A DNA stretch of 64,000 bases from a virus, in the IMG/VR virus record IMGVR_UViG_3300044615_001997. One strand, given 5' to 3'. Positions 1 to 8,127 of this stretch are shown here, piece by piece (position 1 is the first letter of the stretch; every line of letters starts with the position of its first letter). The notes under the pieces are model-generated. The model made no database searches. It saw only the letters and a program-made list of their open reading frames with translations, and was not told the origin of the DNA. The position numbers were made by a program, and so were the translations under genes.

Positions 1-239
1 TAGAACGCCCTGATTTAGAGAAACGTTATTGGGAGGCCATGCCCGACGACAACTTCTTTGATCAATTTGAAAAAACCGTAGACGAAAATGGGCAAGTAGT
101 CTACAAAACAAAAGGAGACCCTAAACAATGTTACAACGAAAGATACGGAAAAGTAGACAAAATAGAACAAGAAATATTCGAGAGAGATACTTTGATCTTG
201 AAGGAGATCGTGGAGAAGAGAGACAGGTTCTGGACTTAG
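1..239 (+). CDS. hypothetical protein, 5-prime truncated by window
   Basis: Frame open from window start to TAG at 237-239; phage-like charged composition. Confidence 0.6.
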   Translation, partial: ERPDLEKRYWEAMPDDNFFDQFEKTVDENGQVVYKTKGDPKQCYNERYGKVDKIEQEIFERDTLILKEIVEKRDRFWT

Positions 240-247
240 CTGCAAAG

Positions 248-658
248 ATGCTAGTTATTGGCTGCGTTTTCTTTGCCTTTGTTCTAGGATTAATCCTCGG
301 AACAATATTCTATCAAAACATTAAAAATATCTTATTGCCGTTAGATCCGGTGGCTCTTTCGATAGAGCATAACCTCACTATGCTTGCGGTAGGTAAACCA
401 GAGTTTAATGGAAAGCAAACAGTCATTACCCATATGTTTAAGGGTAAACCAAATCATGTTTACACCATTCAACATACTTCTGATCTCTCAGAAGATTGGG
501 AAAACGGAGACAAACACCATACAACAGATGACGGCATTTTCCATGTCACATTTGACAAGAATGGAGATCAATCAGAAAAATGGAATCGACACATGTTTTT
601 TCGAGTAACCGAAATCACCAAACCAGAAACCACACACATAGCCAACAATGTCAACTAG
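248..658 (+). CDS. membrane-anchored protein with Verrucomicrobia-type C-terminal beta module
   Basis: Likely ATG 248; N-terminal hydrophobic helix; YTIQHTSDLSEDW...MFFRV pattern. Confidence 0.6.
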   Translation: MLVIGCVFFAFVLGLILGTIFYQNIKNILLPLDPVALSIEHNLTMLAVGKPEFNGKQTVITHMFKGKPNHVYTIQHTSDLSEDWENGDKHHTTDDGIFHVTFDKNGDQSEKWNRHMFFRVTEITKPETTHIANNVN

Positions 659-860
659 AACTCTAACCATGATTAAGTTTATTGCCTTTATTTCACTCCT
701 TAATTTATTGATAGGAATATCGATACTTTTGGGGGCAGATTTAGGAACTAAAAAATTAGTTATGTTTGAGCGTGAAGTAGATCCTGTTGGTAACACTGTA
801 GCATTAACACCTATCTATGCCTACTCTTCCTGCCACGATTGTAAATGCAAAAATAAGTAA
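648..860 (+). CDS. small membrane protein with Cys-rich C-terminus
   Basis: Hydrophobic N-terminal helix, CHDCKC tail, overlaps previous stop. Confidence 0.55.
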   Translation: MSTRTLTMIKFIAFISLLNLLIGISILLGADLGTKKLVMFEREVDPVGNTVALTPIYAYSSCHDCKCKNK

Positions 861-861
861 A

Positions 862-1047
862 ATGCCTCAAAGCATTTTTGATCCTATGCCTCAGATAGAA
901 GCTATATTCAGTGATGGTAAAACTGGCACACTGTTCTCGTATTACCCAGATGAAATAAGCTTTACTGCTGAAGAATTTATAGGATTAACTAGAGGCGAAG
1001 CAATGGCACTGAAGCATAAAAAAGACGTAGCCTATTTGCAATCATGA
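862..1047 (+). CDS. hypothetical phage protein
   Basis: ATG just after previous stop; ATGA coupling to next gene; LFSYYPDEISF segment. Confidence 0.6.
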   Translation: MPQSIFDPMPQIEAIFSDGKTGTLFSYYPDEISFTAEEFIGLTRGEAMALKHKKDVAYLQS

Positions 1048-1319
1048 TTCCTTTACAGATAAGAAAGCTAGTTTTAATTAGAGCTAAAGCTGGTTGTGAA
1101 GCCTGTGGAGAATCCTGGAATTCTGTGATTGGTTTCAGTCCAGAGTTACATCACCTTCACTATAATACTGTAGGTAACGAATCTCCAGAAGATTTGGCTG
1201 TTCTATGCCGTGAATGCCATTATGGTAGACACATGGCTCCTAGTGGATTTGAGCGTGATCCTGAGATAGTTGATGATCAATGGGAATGTTATTTACATGC
1301 TTTATGGAAGAATGATTGA
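1044..1319 (+). CDS. HNH endonuclease (McrA-like, zinc-binding)
   Basis: CEAC...LHHLHY...LAVLCRECH motif. Confidence 0.8.
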   Translation: MIPLQIRKLVLIRAKAGCEACGESWNSVIGFSPELHHLHYNTVGNESPEDLAVLCRECHYGRHMAPSGFERDPEIVDDQWECYLHALWKND

Positions 1320-1321
1320 AT

Positions 1322-1561
1322 ATGATCGTAGATAAAAACTCGCCCATAAAAACAATAAGGTTTATTCCCACAGATGACGATGCGTTTTGGGGAACCAAAA
1401 AATCTTATGTGTTTAAATGTAGAGCTGAATTAAACTACGAAACAAAAACCATAGATATAGATATGGTTTTTGATACCGAGGAAGAACGTCACGAATACGA
1501 AGAGTTCGAGCAAAACAGAAAAAACGGCATAGAGTATTATTCAGAAATACCTGACTTATGA
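1322..1561 (+). CDS. hypothetical protein
   Basis: Tightly packed ORF, ATGA overlap with next gene. Confidence 0.55.
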   Translation: MIVDKNSPIKTIRFIPTDDDAFWGTKKSYVFKCRAELNYETKTIDIDMVFDTEEERHEYEEFEQNRKNGIEYYSEIPDL

Positions 1562-1758
1562 AACCGGTTAAAAAAAAGATTAAAATTACTAATTATAAAA
1601 AAGCTTACGAAGACCTGTTGGTCAAACACACCTATGTCTGTCGTCAAGCCAATGCCTGTCTTCAATGGATAGGTGCACTGAAAGCTGCAAGAAAAATTGA
1701 ATTTGCAGCTTTTGAAGAAATGGATAAGTCTCACGCAGAGCTTATTAAATTTGACTAA
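1558..1758 (+). CDS. hypothetical protein
   Basis: Coupled ORF followed by terminator. Confidence 0.55.
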   Translation: MKPVKKKIKITNYKKAYEDLLVKHTYVCRQANACLQWIGALKAARKIEFAAFEEMDKSHAELIKFD

Positions 1759-1763
1759 CCAAG

Positions 1764-1803
1764 AGGCACTCACCTAACAAGTGGGTGCCTTTTTTAGCTA
1801 TCA
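1764..1803 (+). terminator. Rho-independent terminator followed by AGCTATCA
   Basis: AGGCACTCAC-ctaacaa-GTGGGTGCCT stem then T-run. Confidence 0.8.
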
Positions 1804-1809
1804 ACTAAT

Positions 1810-2259
1810 ATGGATATAATAGAACAATTACAACGAGCCGTAGACTCTCTCAGACATGACAACTCTATGTTGAAACTAGAGTTAATGCGGCGTGTAGAAG
1901 AAGGAAAAAAACAAAAAATGAAAGAGCCTGTAGAATACACATTTAAACAATACCAAGAAGATGCACAAAAAACTGCAATATACAACGAAGGACTCCGAGT
2001 TATCTATCCAACTATGGGGTTGGGAGAAGTGGGAGAGGTCCAGGGAAAAATTAAAAAAGTCTTCCGAGATAAGGAGGGCAAATTTGATGAAACTACAAAA
2101 AAAGAAATCGGTAAAGAGCTAGGAGATGTCCTGTGGTATCTCGCAGTACTGGCAAGAGATTTAGACCTAGATCTAGAAACAATTGCCAAGGAGAATGTAG
2201 CCAAACTGAAGAGTCGTCAAGAACGTGGAGTTCTGGGCGGATCAGGAGACAACCGGTAA
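1810..2259 (+). CDS. MazG-like nucleoside triphosphate pyrophosphohydrolase
   Basis: GEVGEVQGKIKK and KELGDVLWYLA (ExxE/ExxD) motifs; NVAKLKSRQERG tail. Confidence 0.85.
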   Translation: MDIIEQLQRAVDSLRHDNSMLKLELMRRVEEGKKQKMKEPVEYTFKQYQEDAQKTAIYNEGLRVIYPTMGLGEVGEVQGKIKKVFRDKEGKFDETTKKEIGKELGDVLWYLAVLARDLDLDLETIAKENVAKLKSRQERGVLGGSGDNR

Positions 2260-2487
2260 ATGCAAACATACCAAACCATACTGCTAGGGGTTGCCATCAT
2301 TAATATGGTGGCAGGCCTCTGGGCACCAAAACAAACAAAAACATTCTTTATGTGTAAAGATGCCGTACTGTTTACTCTAGCTTTTCTAGTTTTTTTAATC
2401 GGCAATATAAAAATTACACAGCCTAAAGAAGACTTACTCTATCGCGAAACAATAGAAAAGTCTAAACTTGTGAGAATCACATTTTAA
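2260..2487 (+). CDS. small membrane protein
   Basis: Two hydrophobic segments; starts right after previous stop. Confidence 0.55.
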   Translation: MQTYQTILLGVAIINMVAGLWAPKQTKTFFMCKDAVLFTLAFLVFLIGNIKITQPKEDLLYRETIEKSKLVRITF

Positions 2488-2499
2488 CCCTCCATAACA

Positions 2500-2685
2500 A
2501 TGCACGATGTAAATATTATAAATTCAAAAAAGCATAATGCAGATTATGATGATTCGCTAGATAGTGCGTATTGGCAATCAGATATATTTGTACGTGAAAA
2601 AAACCTAGTTGATCATTTGAAGAAAGTGTTCTACTTTCTAGACGAACGTGAAATACTCGGTGTAATTCACGCACAGAGAAAATAA
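2500..2685 (+). CDS. hypothetical protein
   Basis: In-operon ORF. Confidence 0.5.
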   Translation: MHDVNIINSKKHNADYDDSLDSAYWQSDIFVREKNLVDHLKKVFYFLDEREILGVIHAQRK

Positions 2686-2686
2686 A

Positions 2687-2854
2687 ATGCGTAAACTAAT
2701 AAACAGATTAAAGGGAGACATTGCATTATTCTTTTTGTTTCCTGTACAACGAATAAGGGAGCGTGTGTGGACATTTGAAACAAAGTGTCCGCTACGCCGA
2801 TTTCCCAGAACTATGGAGCTCTGGTTACTCAACATAATAACTAAAAACATGTAA
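2687..2854 (+). CDS. small hypothetical protein (55 aa, below ORF-track cutoff)
   Basis: Fills the gap exactly; TAATG coupling to next gene. Confidence 0.45.
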   Translation: MRKLINRLKGDIALFFLFPVQRIRERVWTFETKCPLRRFPRTMELWLLNIITKNM

Positions 2855-3453
2855 TGAACGAAGCAATTAATAACTTTATAGGAAGCATAATCGAAACCTG
2901 CGAAAAAAATGGAAAGCACTTCAAGTTGGTGGGACTACCTCATTTGCGCTACGCTGGGGCACGCTGTAGCGGTTTTTGTGACGTCCACGGGCTAACCGTA
3001 GCCATTAAAAAACCTATGGAAGAATGGCTACTTGTCTTGATACACGAGTCAGCTCACCTAGACCAGGCAATAGAGAAATCTCCACTCTGGTTTAATGACT
3101 ACGCTGAAACAAATGATATAGATACATGGATCCAGAGCAAAAGGAAGAGAACTAAGCGAATTGATAAATGTTTCGAAGCAGCTACTGCTCTCGAGCTAGA
3201 CTGTGAAAAACGTTCCGTAGCTAAAATTAAAAAATATAAGTTACCTGTAAATGTAGGAGAGTACATACAAAAATCCAACGCTTACCTGTTCTCATACATG
3301 GTAACAAAGCGGAATCGTCGCTGGTTCGAGTTTCCTTATAAAATACCTGAAATATGGAAAAAGATGCCGAAGCGGTTTTTAAAGTTGGAAGACTACCTGA
3401 ACCCAAAACATCCTCTCCTTGCGTTATACAACTATAGCTTAACACATAAATAA
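2854..3453 (+). CDS. HExxH metallopeptidase-like protein
   Basis: LIHESAHLD with downstream ELDCE. Confidence 0.6.
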   Translation: MNEAINNFIGSIIETCEKNGKHFKLVGLPHLRYAGARCSGFCDVHGLTVAIKKPMEEWLLVLIHESAHLDQAIEKSPLWFNDYAETNDIDTWIQSKRKRTKRIDKCFEAATALELDCEKRSVAKIKKYKLPVNVGEYIQKSNAYLFSYMVTKRNRRWFEFPYKIPEIWKKMPKRFLKLEDYLNPKHPLLALYNYSLTHK

Positions 3454-3454
3454 T

Positions 3455-3751
3455 ATGGAAAATTTAACAGACAAACATGTAGGTCGCCGCCTACTTATAA
3501 AAGCAAACCACACTTGGGGAAAAATTGAAGAAGCCGGAGTAATGGAAGTATCCCCATCAGGTAAGTATATTAAAATACAATTTATTAGAACTGATAACAG
3601 TGCTTATTACGACTGGGTAAAGCAAGATGAATATGTCCTGGTAGAAGAGCTTGGTTCGGTTATGAATAAAATAACTGAAGCGGTAGAGCGATTTGAACGT
3701 TTAAAGCTTGATGGGAAAACCATTAAAAATAAAAAAACTAAAGTAAGATGA
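3455..3751 (+). CDS. hypothetical protein
   Basis: Coupled ORF. Confidence 0.6.
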   Translation: MENLTDKHVGRRLLIKANHTWGKIEEAGVMEVSPSGKYIKIQFIRTDNSAYYDWVKQDEYVLVEELGSVMNKITEAVERFERLKLDGKTIKNKKTKVR

Positions 3752-4395
3752 AGTATAAAATCAAAGAAGCAGCTCCTGATGTCTTTGCCGTTGTGGTGAA
3801 AGATAAATACAACAGAGCTATGCTTTTTTGTAGGGCTCAGGAATATTATGAATCCCCCAATCCTAAGTTCCGAAATAAAACTTTTTCCATATGGGACTAC
3901 ATGAAATGGTACCATGAAAAATATGGTAAGGGTTTTAGCTACGGAGCTGATTGGTCGGGATTTAATATACCTCTCAAGGTAATTACTACGTGTTACAACA
4001 AGCTGGGTAAATTCGAAACGCCTTATGATAAAATGATGTATGATATCGTTGTAAAGATTAACAAACAATCACTATTTAGTGATGGCTATGTTATTGCTTG
4101 CGAAGATATGAAAGGTGCTACATTTAAACACGAGGTGGCTCATGCTCTTTATTATACAGACAAAGATTATAAAAAAAGAATGGATACCATAACTCATTCT
4201 CTTCCCAAAGAGCACTATGATATCTTTAAACAGAATATTTTAGGGATGGGCTACGCAGCAAAAGTTGTCGATGATGAGATCCAAGCTTATCTTCAACATA
4301 CTTATGATAACGCAGCTTTTGGGAAAGGCGTTCCTATGAAGGCTAAAAAAAAATACAACAAGTTATATGTTGACGAAAGAAAAATTAAAAGATAA
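3748..4395 (+). CDS. HExxH-containing conserved phage protein
   Basis: RAQEYYESP and FKHEVAHALY, DDEIQAY. Confidence 0.65.
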   Translation: MKYKIKEAAPDVFAVVVKDKYNRAMLFCRAQEYYESPNPKFRNKTFSIWDYMKWYHEKYGKGFSYGADWSGFNIPLKVITTCYNKLGKFETPYDKMMYDIVVKINKQSLFSDGYVIACEDMKGATFKHEVAHALYYTDKDYKKRMDTITHSLPKEHYDIFKQNILGMGYAAKVVDDEIQAYLQHTYDNAAFGKGVPMKAKKKYNKLYVDERKIKR

Positions 4396-4450
4396 ATATC
4401 ATGATTGTGGTCACCGACCCAGAAACACTGATAAGAGAAAAAGAATCGCC

Positions 4451-4651
4451 ATGTCTAAAAAAAAAATAGAAGATTCTCTAGCTCTAACTATAGGTGCTAG
4501 TGGAGTCGATAAAGAAAAAGTCAATTTAATCGTACAAATGTTTGTCGAGGAAGTTGAATATAGAGCTGAAGAGAAAATGCTGAAAACTGGCAAATTAGAG
4601 GGTGCTCACTACGCAGCCATGAAGCAGCTTCTTCAAGAATGGAAAAATTAA
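4451..4651 (+). CDS. hypothetical protein
   Basis: Probable ATG 4451 within track ORF 4367-4651. Confidence 0.5.
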   Translation: MSKKKIEDSLALTIGASGVDKEKVNLIVQMFVEEVEYRAEEKMLKTGKLEGAHYAAMKQLLQEWKN

Positions 4652-4654
4652 AAG

Positions 4655-4744
4655 ATGAAAGAGGATACCGTTAAACTCATCGTAGGAACAATGGTACTCC
4701 TCATCATCGTGATATTATTTATTACACCAATACTAAAACAATGA
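4655..4744 (+). CDS. 29-aa single-helix membrane peptide
   Basis: MKEDTVKLIVGTMVLLIIVILFITPILKQ; ATGA overlap with ligase. Confidence 0.45.
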   Translation: MKEDTVKLIVGTMVLLIIVILFITPILKQ

Positions 4745-5886
4745 TAACCGCATTACCGACATTATATAAAAGAACCGTTACCGGAGACATTCAAACCTGG
4801 TGGATTGGAATTCAGGGAGATAGTTACCACACTGTAAGTGGTAAAATTGATGGAAAGAAAGTAAAGAGTGCGCCTGTACGCTGCGAAGCTAAAAACGTTA
4901 GAAGAGCTAATTCTACTACTCCAGTAGAGCAAGCCCTAGCTGAAGCCCAAGCTAAATGGGTAAAGAAAAAGAACGAGGGATATACAGAAAATACAGCCGA
5001 GGTGGATGACGTCGTAAAAGATGTGGTTAAGCCTACATTGGCTAAAGACTACGCTGACTACAAACATAAAATAGTCTATCCAATTTATAGCCAGCCTAAG
5101 CTGGATGGACTTCGTTGTATCATCACTCGTGAAGGTGCTTGGAGTCGTAACTGGAAACGTTTTGTGACTGTGGGACATATTCAAGAATTGTTAAAACCTG
5201 TGTTTGAAAAGTACCCCAACATCGTAGCATTTGATGGTGAAGTTTATAATCATGAATACAAGGATGATTTTAATTCCATTGTATCACTAGTTAAACAAAC
5301 CAAAGTTACTGAAGAAGATCTGGCTAAATCTCGAGAAAAAATAGAATATCACGTTTACGATTATGTAGATCGTAACGGAGAAATTCCATTTGTTGAAAGA
5401 TCTACACAACTACTCAATTATCTGGATGACGTTCTCGCAGCCGGGAATGAAGTTAGATTTGTTGAAACTATTTTGTGCAAGACTCAAACCGAACTAGACG
5501 ACTTAATGGGTAGCTATATCGAAGCTGGCTATGAGGGTCAAATGCTTCGTTATATGAATAATCCTTACGAGCATAAAAGAACTAATAAACTCCTAAAAAG
5601 AAAAGAGTTTATTGATGGGGAGTTTGAGATAGTCGGGTTTAGGGAGGGTAAAGGTAATAGGGTAGGTTGTGCAGTATTACGCTGCAAAACAGCTGAGGGT
5701 AAAGAGTTCGACTCGTCCATAAAGGGGTCAGTCGAATATACTCGTAAACTATACGAGATTGGGGACAAACTCGTTGGTTTATTTGCCACCATAAAATATC
5801 AAAGACTTACTCCTGACGGCATACCTAAATTCTTGACTTGTATTAAATTTAGAAATGCTGCAGGTGAAGAAGTGATCTTCGAGTAA
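4741..5886 (+). CDS. ATP-dependent DNA ligase
   Basis: QPKLDGLR (KxDG motif I), FDGEVY, YEGQMLR, LLKRK, C-terminal OB-fold segment. Confidence 0.93.
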   Translation: MITALPTLYKRTVTGDIQTWWIGIQGDSYHTVSGKIDGKKVKSAPVRCEAKNVRRANSTTPVEQALAEAQAKWVKKKNEGYTENTAEVDDVVKDVVKPTLAKDYADYKHKIVYPIYSQPKLDGLRCIITREGAWSRNWKRFVTVGHIQELLKPVFEKYPNIVAFDGEVYNHEYKDDFNSIVSLVKQTKVTEEDLAKSREKIEYHVYDYVDRNGEIPFVERSTQLLNYLDDVLAAGNEVRFVETILCKTQTELDDLMGSYIEAGYEGQMLRYMNNPYEHKRTNKLLKRKEFIDGEFEIVGFREGKGNRVGCAVLRCKTAEGKEFDSSIKGSVEYTRKLYEIGDKLVGLFATIKYQRLTPDGIPKFLTCIKFRNAAGEEVIFE

Positions 5887-5928
5887 CCCCCTATACAAAT
5901 AAAGGTATTCGAGCGGTATAATGCTTTG

Positions 5929-6321
5929 ATGAAAACCTTATACTTCGGATTGTGCTCGTTGATACTTTTTAGTGTATCTTACGGGCAAGATTATCTTAAT
6001 GGTGCCAGGATAGAACTGCGCACCTCTCCATCAAGATTAGGAACACCCCATTCATCCAGTGGGATAACTCCTAAACCTTCCACACAACAGGTCAGCTCTG
6101 GGAATATTTTCTCGTCAGGAAATGCAGATAATTGCCCTGACGGTAAATGTTTCAATCTGGCTCCTGTTGCTTCTGTTGACGAAGATATGTTGGCACGTCT
6201 TGTTGAAATTCGTGCAGCCATATTAAAGCTTCCTAACTTTAACAAGTATCCCCAATTAACAAGGGCGAACGCAGACTTGTCTGATTTAATAGGAAGAATT
6301 AAAGTTAAACAAAACCAATAA
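5929..6321 (+). CDS. putative secreted protein
   Basis: Signal-peptide-like N-terminus; TATAAT 6 nt upstream of ATG. Confidence 0.6.
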   Translation: MKTLYFGLCSLILFSVSYGQDYLNGARIELRTSPSRLGTPHSSSGITPKPSTQQVSSGNIFSSGNADNCPDGKCFNLAPVASVDEDMLARLVEIRAAILKLPNFNKYPQLTRANADLSDLIGRIKVKQNQ

Positions 6322-6322
6322 C

Positions 6323-6361
6323 AAAAAGGGCCTCTTCGGAGGCTCTTTTTTTTAGCTATCA
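6323..6361 (+). terminator. Rho-independent terminator followed by AGCTATCA
   Basis: AAAAAGGGCCTC-TTCG-GAGGCTCTTTTT hairpin plus T-run. Confidence 0.85.
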
Positions 6362-6522
6362 GTTATTTAAAATCTTTAAATTTTAAATTTAACGAGGTAT
6401 AATAATTAATAGTTAACGTGAAATGAATTTTAAGGAAACTCTTCTATATCAGTATTTTAGTAAATTTCAGCTGTTAAACCGAGAAGAACGCCGTAACCTC
6501 TACCTTAACCTCATTAAGAAGT

Positions 6523-7290
6523 ATGCAACCTCCAAAAAAGAAAAAGCAGAAACCGAAGCCGAAACCGGACACCTCTCCTCAAGTTTACCAGAGAGAAAAA
6601 ATTAACTGGGATCTCAAAATTAGGGAGCTTCCTTGGACAGAAAAACAGAAAGCTTTCCTGACACTAACTAATGACAAAAATACCAAGATTGTATTTTTAA
6701 CAGGTCCTGCAGGTACAAGTAAAACAACTGTAGCTGTTAGAGCTGGGTTAGAGCTCATGAATCAAAAAAAGGTGAGCGATCTCATCTTTATTCGTGCAGC
6801 TGTAGAGAGTGCTGATTCTAAGCTGGGAATGCTCCCAGGAGACATCGATCATAAGGTTGGTGAGTACATGACGCCCTTTGACGATAAATTAGAAGAAATG
6901 CTGTGTGCAGCTGATAGAGCTAAGTTAAAGGCAGAAAAGCGTATTATTTATAAACCAGTAAACTTTTGTCGTGGAGCCAGCTGGACTGCTCGCTGCATTA
7001 TAGTCGACGAAGCACAAAACCTAACACTGAACGAGCTTCAAACTATTCTCACTAGAGTAGGTATGTTTAGTAAAATAATTATATGCGCAGATCCTGACCA
7101 GAGCGACTTACCGACTAATAAGCAGGGAGGATTTAAAACCTGTAGCGAAATATTCGATACTGATAAAGCTCAGGAGATAGGTATTTATTCTGTGCATTTC
7201 AACAATGATGACATTGTGAGATCAGAACTCTGCAAGTTTATTGTAGAGACCTTTGAGGTGTTTAAAAAGGAACACCCCCCTAAAAAATAA
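6523..7290 (+). CDS. phoH: PhoH-like ATPase
   Basis: GPAGTSKT Walker A, LGMLPGD, RGASW, IVDEAQN, DIVRS. Confidence 0.92.
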   Translation: MQPPKKKKQKPKPKPDTSPQVYQREKINWDLKIRELPWTEKQKAFLTLTNDKNTKIVFLTGPAGTSKTTVAVRAGLELMNQKKVSDLIFIRAAVESADSKLGMLPGDIDHKVGEYMTPFDDKLEEMLCAADRAKLKAEKRIIYKPVNFCRGASWTARCIIVDEAQNLTLNELQTILTRVGMFSKIIICADPDQSDLPTNKQGGFKTCSEIFDTDKAQEIGIYSVHFNNDDIVRSELCKFIVETFEVFKKEHPPKK

Positions 7291-7292
7291 AC

Positions 7293-7367
7293 TGGCATCC
7301 CCGAGGGGATTTGAACCCCTGATAGCTCCGTGAAAGGGAGCTGTGATGACCGCTTCACTACGAGGAC
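7293..7367 (-). tRNA. tRNA-Glu(TTC), CCA encoded
   Basis: Cloverleaf on minus strand, anticodon loop CTTTCAC, GGTTCAAAT T-arm. Confidence 0.9.
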
Positions 7368-7528
7368 AGGTTAATCTGCAAGATTATAATTCCTTTTAAT
7401 CTTGTCATTCCAACGATCAAATTCTCTGCATTCGTAAGAAGCAGATACCACTATGTAAACAGCATAGCCTATTTGTACGAGGATGCAAACGCCTAATAAA
7501 AAAAATGAAATAATACCTAACATGATAA

Positions 7529-7735
7529 TTAATTTTTAACTTTGTTGGTGTAGATTTGCGCCTGTTTTAAAAATCCCTTTATAAAGGCAGCAATTAAATT
7601 AGTGTCAGAAGCTTTTTTAGGTAACTTTTTACCTTTGGAAGATTTATTCCATTCGTCTACATCCACACCCTGGTGTTCCAGCTCTTTTCTGTGTATGTTG
7701 AAATAAGCTGCTTGTGCTTTAGATTTATAAGGCAT
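7529..7735 (-). CDS. small putative virion protein (MPYKSKAQ type)
   Basis: MPYKSKAQ N-terminus; FIKGFLKQA motif shared with head-module proteins. Confidence 0.65.
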   Translation of the reverse strand: MPYKSKAQAAYFNIHRKELEHQGVDVDEWNKSSKGKKLPKKASDTNLIAAFIKGFLKQAQIYTNKVKN

Positions 7736-7804
7736 AATGTGTTATCTTTTAAATATCCTTTAAATTACATTCTAGTAGATATCGTTAAAAAACAAAAGCT
7801 TTAA

Positions 7805-7877
7805 TCGGGATGGCGGGGCTCGAACTCGCAATCTCCTGCTCCCAAAGCAGGCGCCTTAACCATTGGGCTACATCCCG
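7805..7877 (-). tRNA. tRNA-Pro(TGG)
   Basis: CGGGATG acceptor stem, loop TTTGGGA, TTCGA; no encoded CCA. Confidence 0.9.
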
Positions 7878-7919
7878 AAAACTATTTCATGATCATATCT
7901 ATTTTACACTGTTAAAACC

Positions 7920-7993
7920 CGGAGTCGACGGGACTCGAACCCGCAATCCCTGCCGTGACAGGGCAGTGCTTCAACCAATTAAGCTACGACTCC
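7920..7993 (-). tRNA. tRNA-Asp(GTC)
   Basis: GGAGTCG acceptor stem, loop CTGTCAC, GGTTCGAGTCC. Confidence 0.92.
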
Positions 7994-8006
7994 TTGTTAA
8001 ATTAAA

Positions 8007-8082
8007 TGGAGCCCCCGATCGGATTCGAACCGATGACATCCTCATTACAAGTGAGGTGCTCTACCAACTGAGCTACAAGGGC
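8007..8082 (-). tRNA. tRNA-Thr(TGT), CCA encoded
   Basis: GCCCTTG acceptor stem, loop CTTGTAA, GGTTCGAATCC. Confidence 0.92.
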
Positions 8083-8127
8083 GTTGAAACAATCTATACC
8101 CAAAAAATAACGAGAGCAAGTATATAG

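Noticed and set aside
1044-1319. Mobile homing endonuclease
   Set aside because: Only 91 aa, no extra DNA-binding domain, and translationally coupled within an operon
7810-8127. 105-aa plus-strand ORF
   Set aside because: Antisense shadow of three tRNA genes
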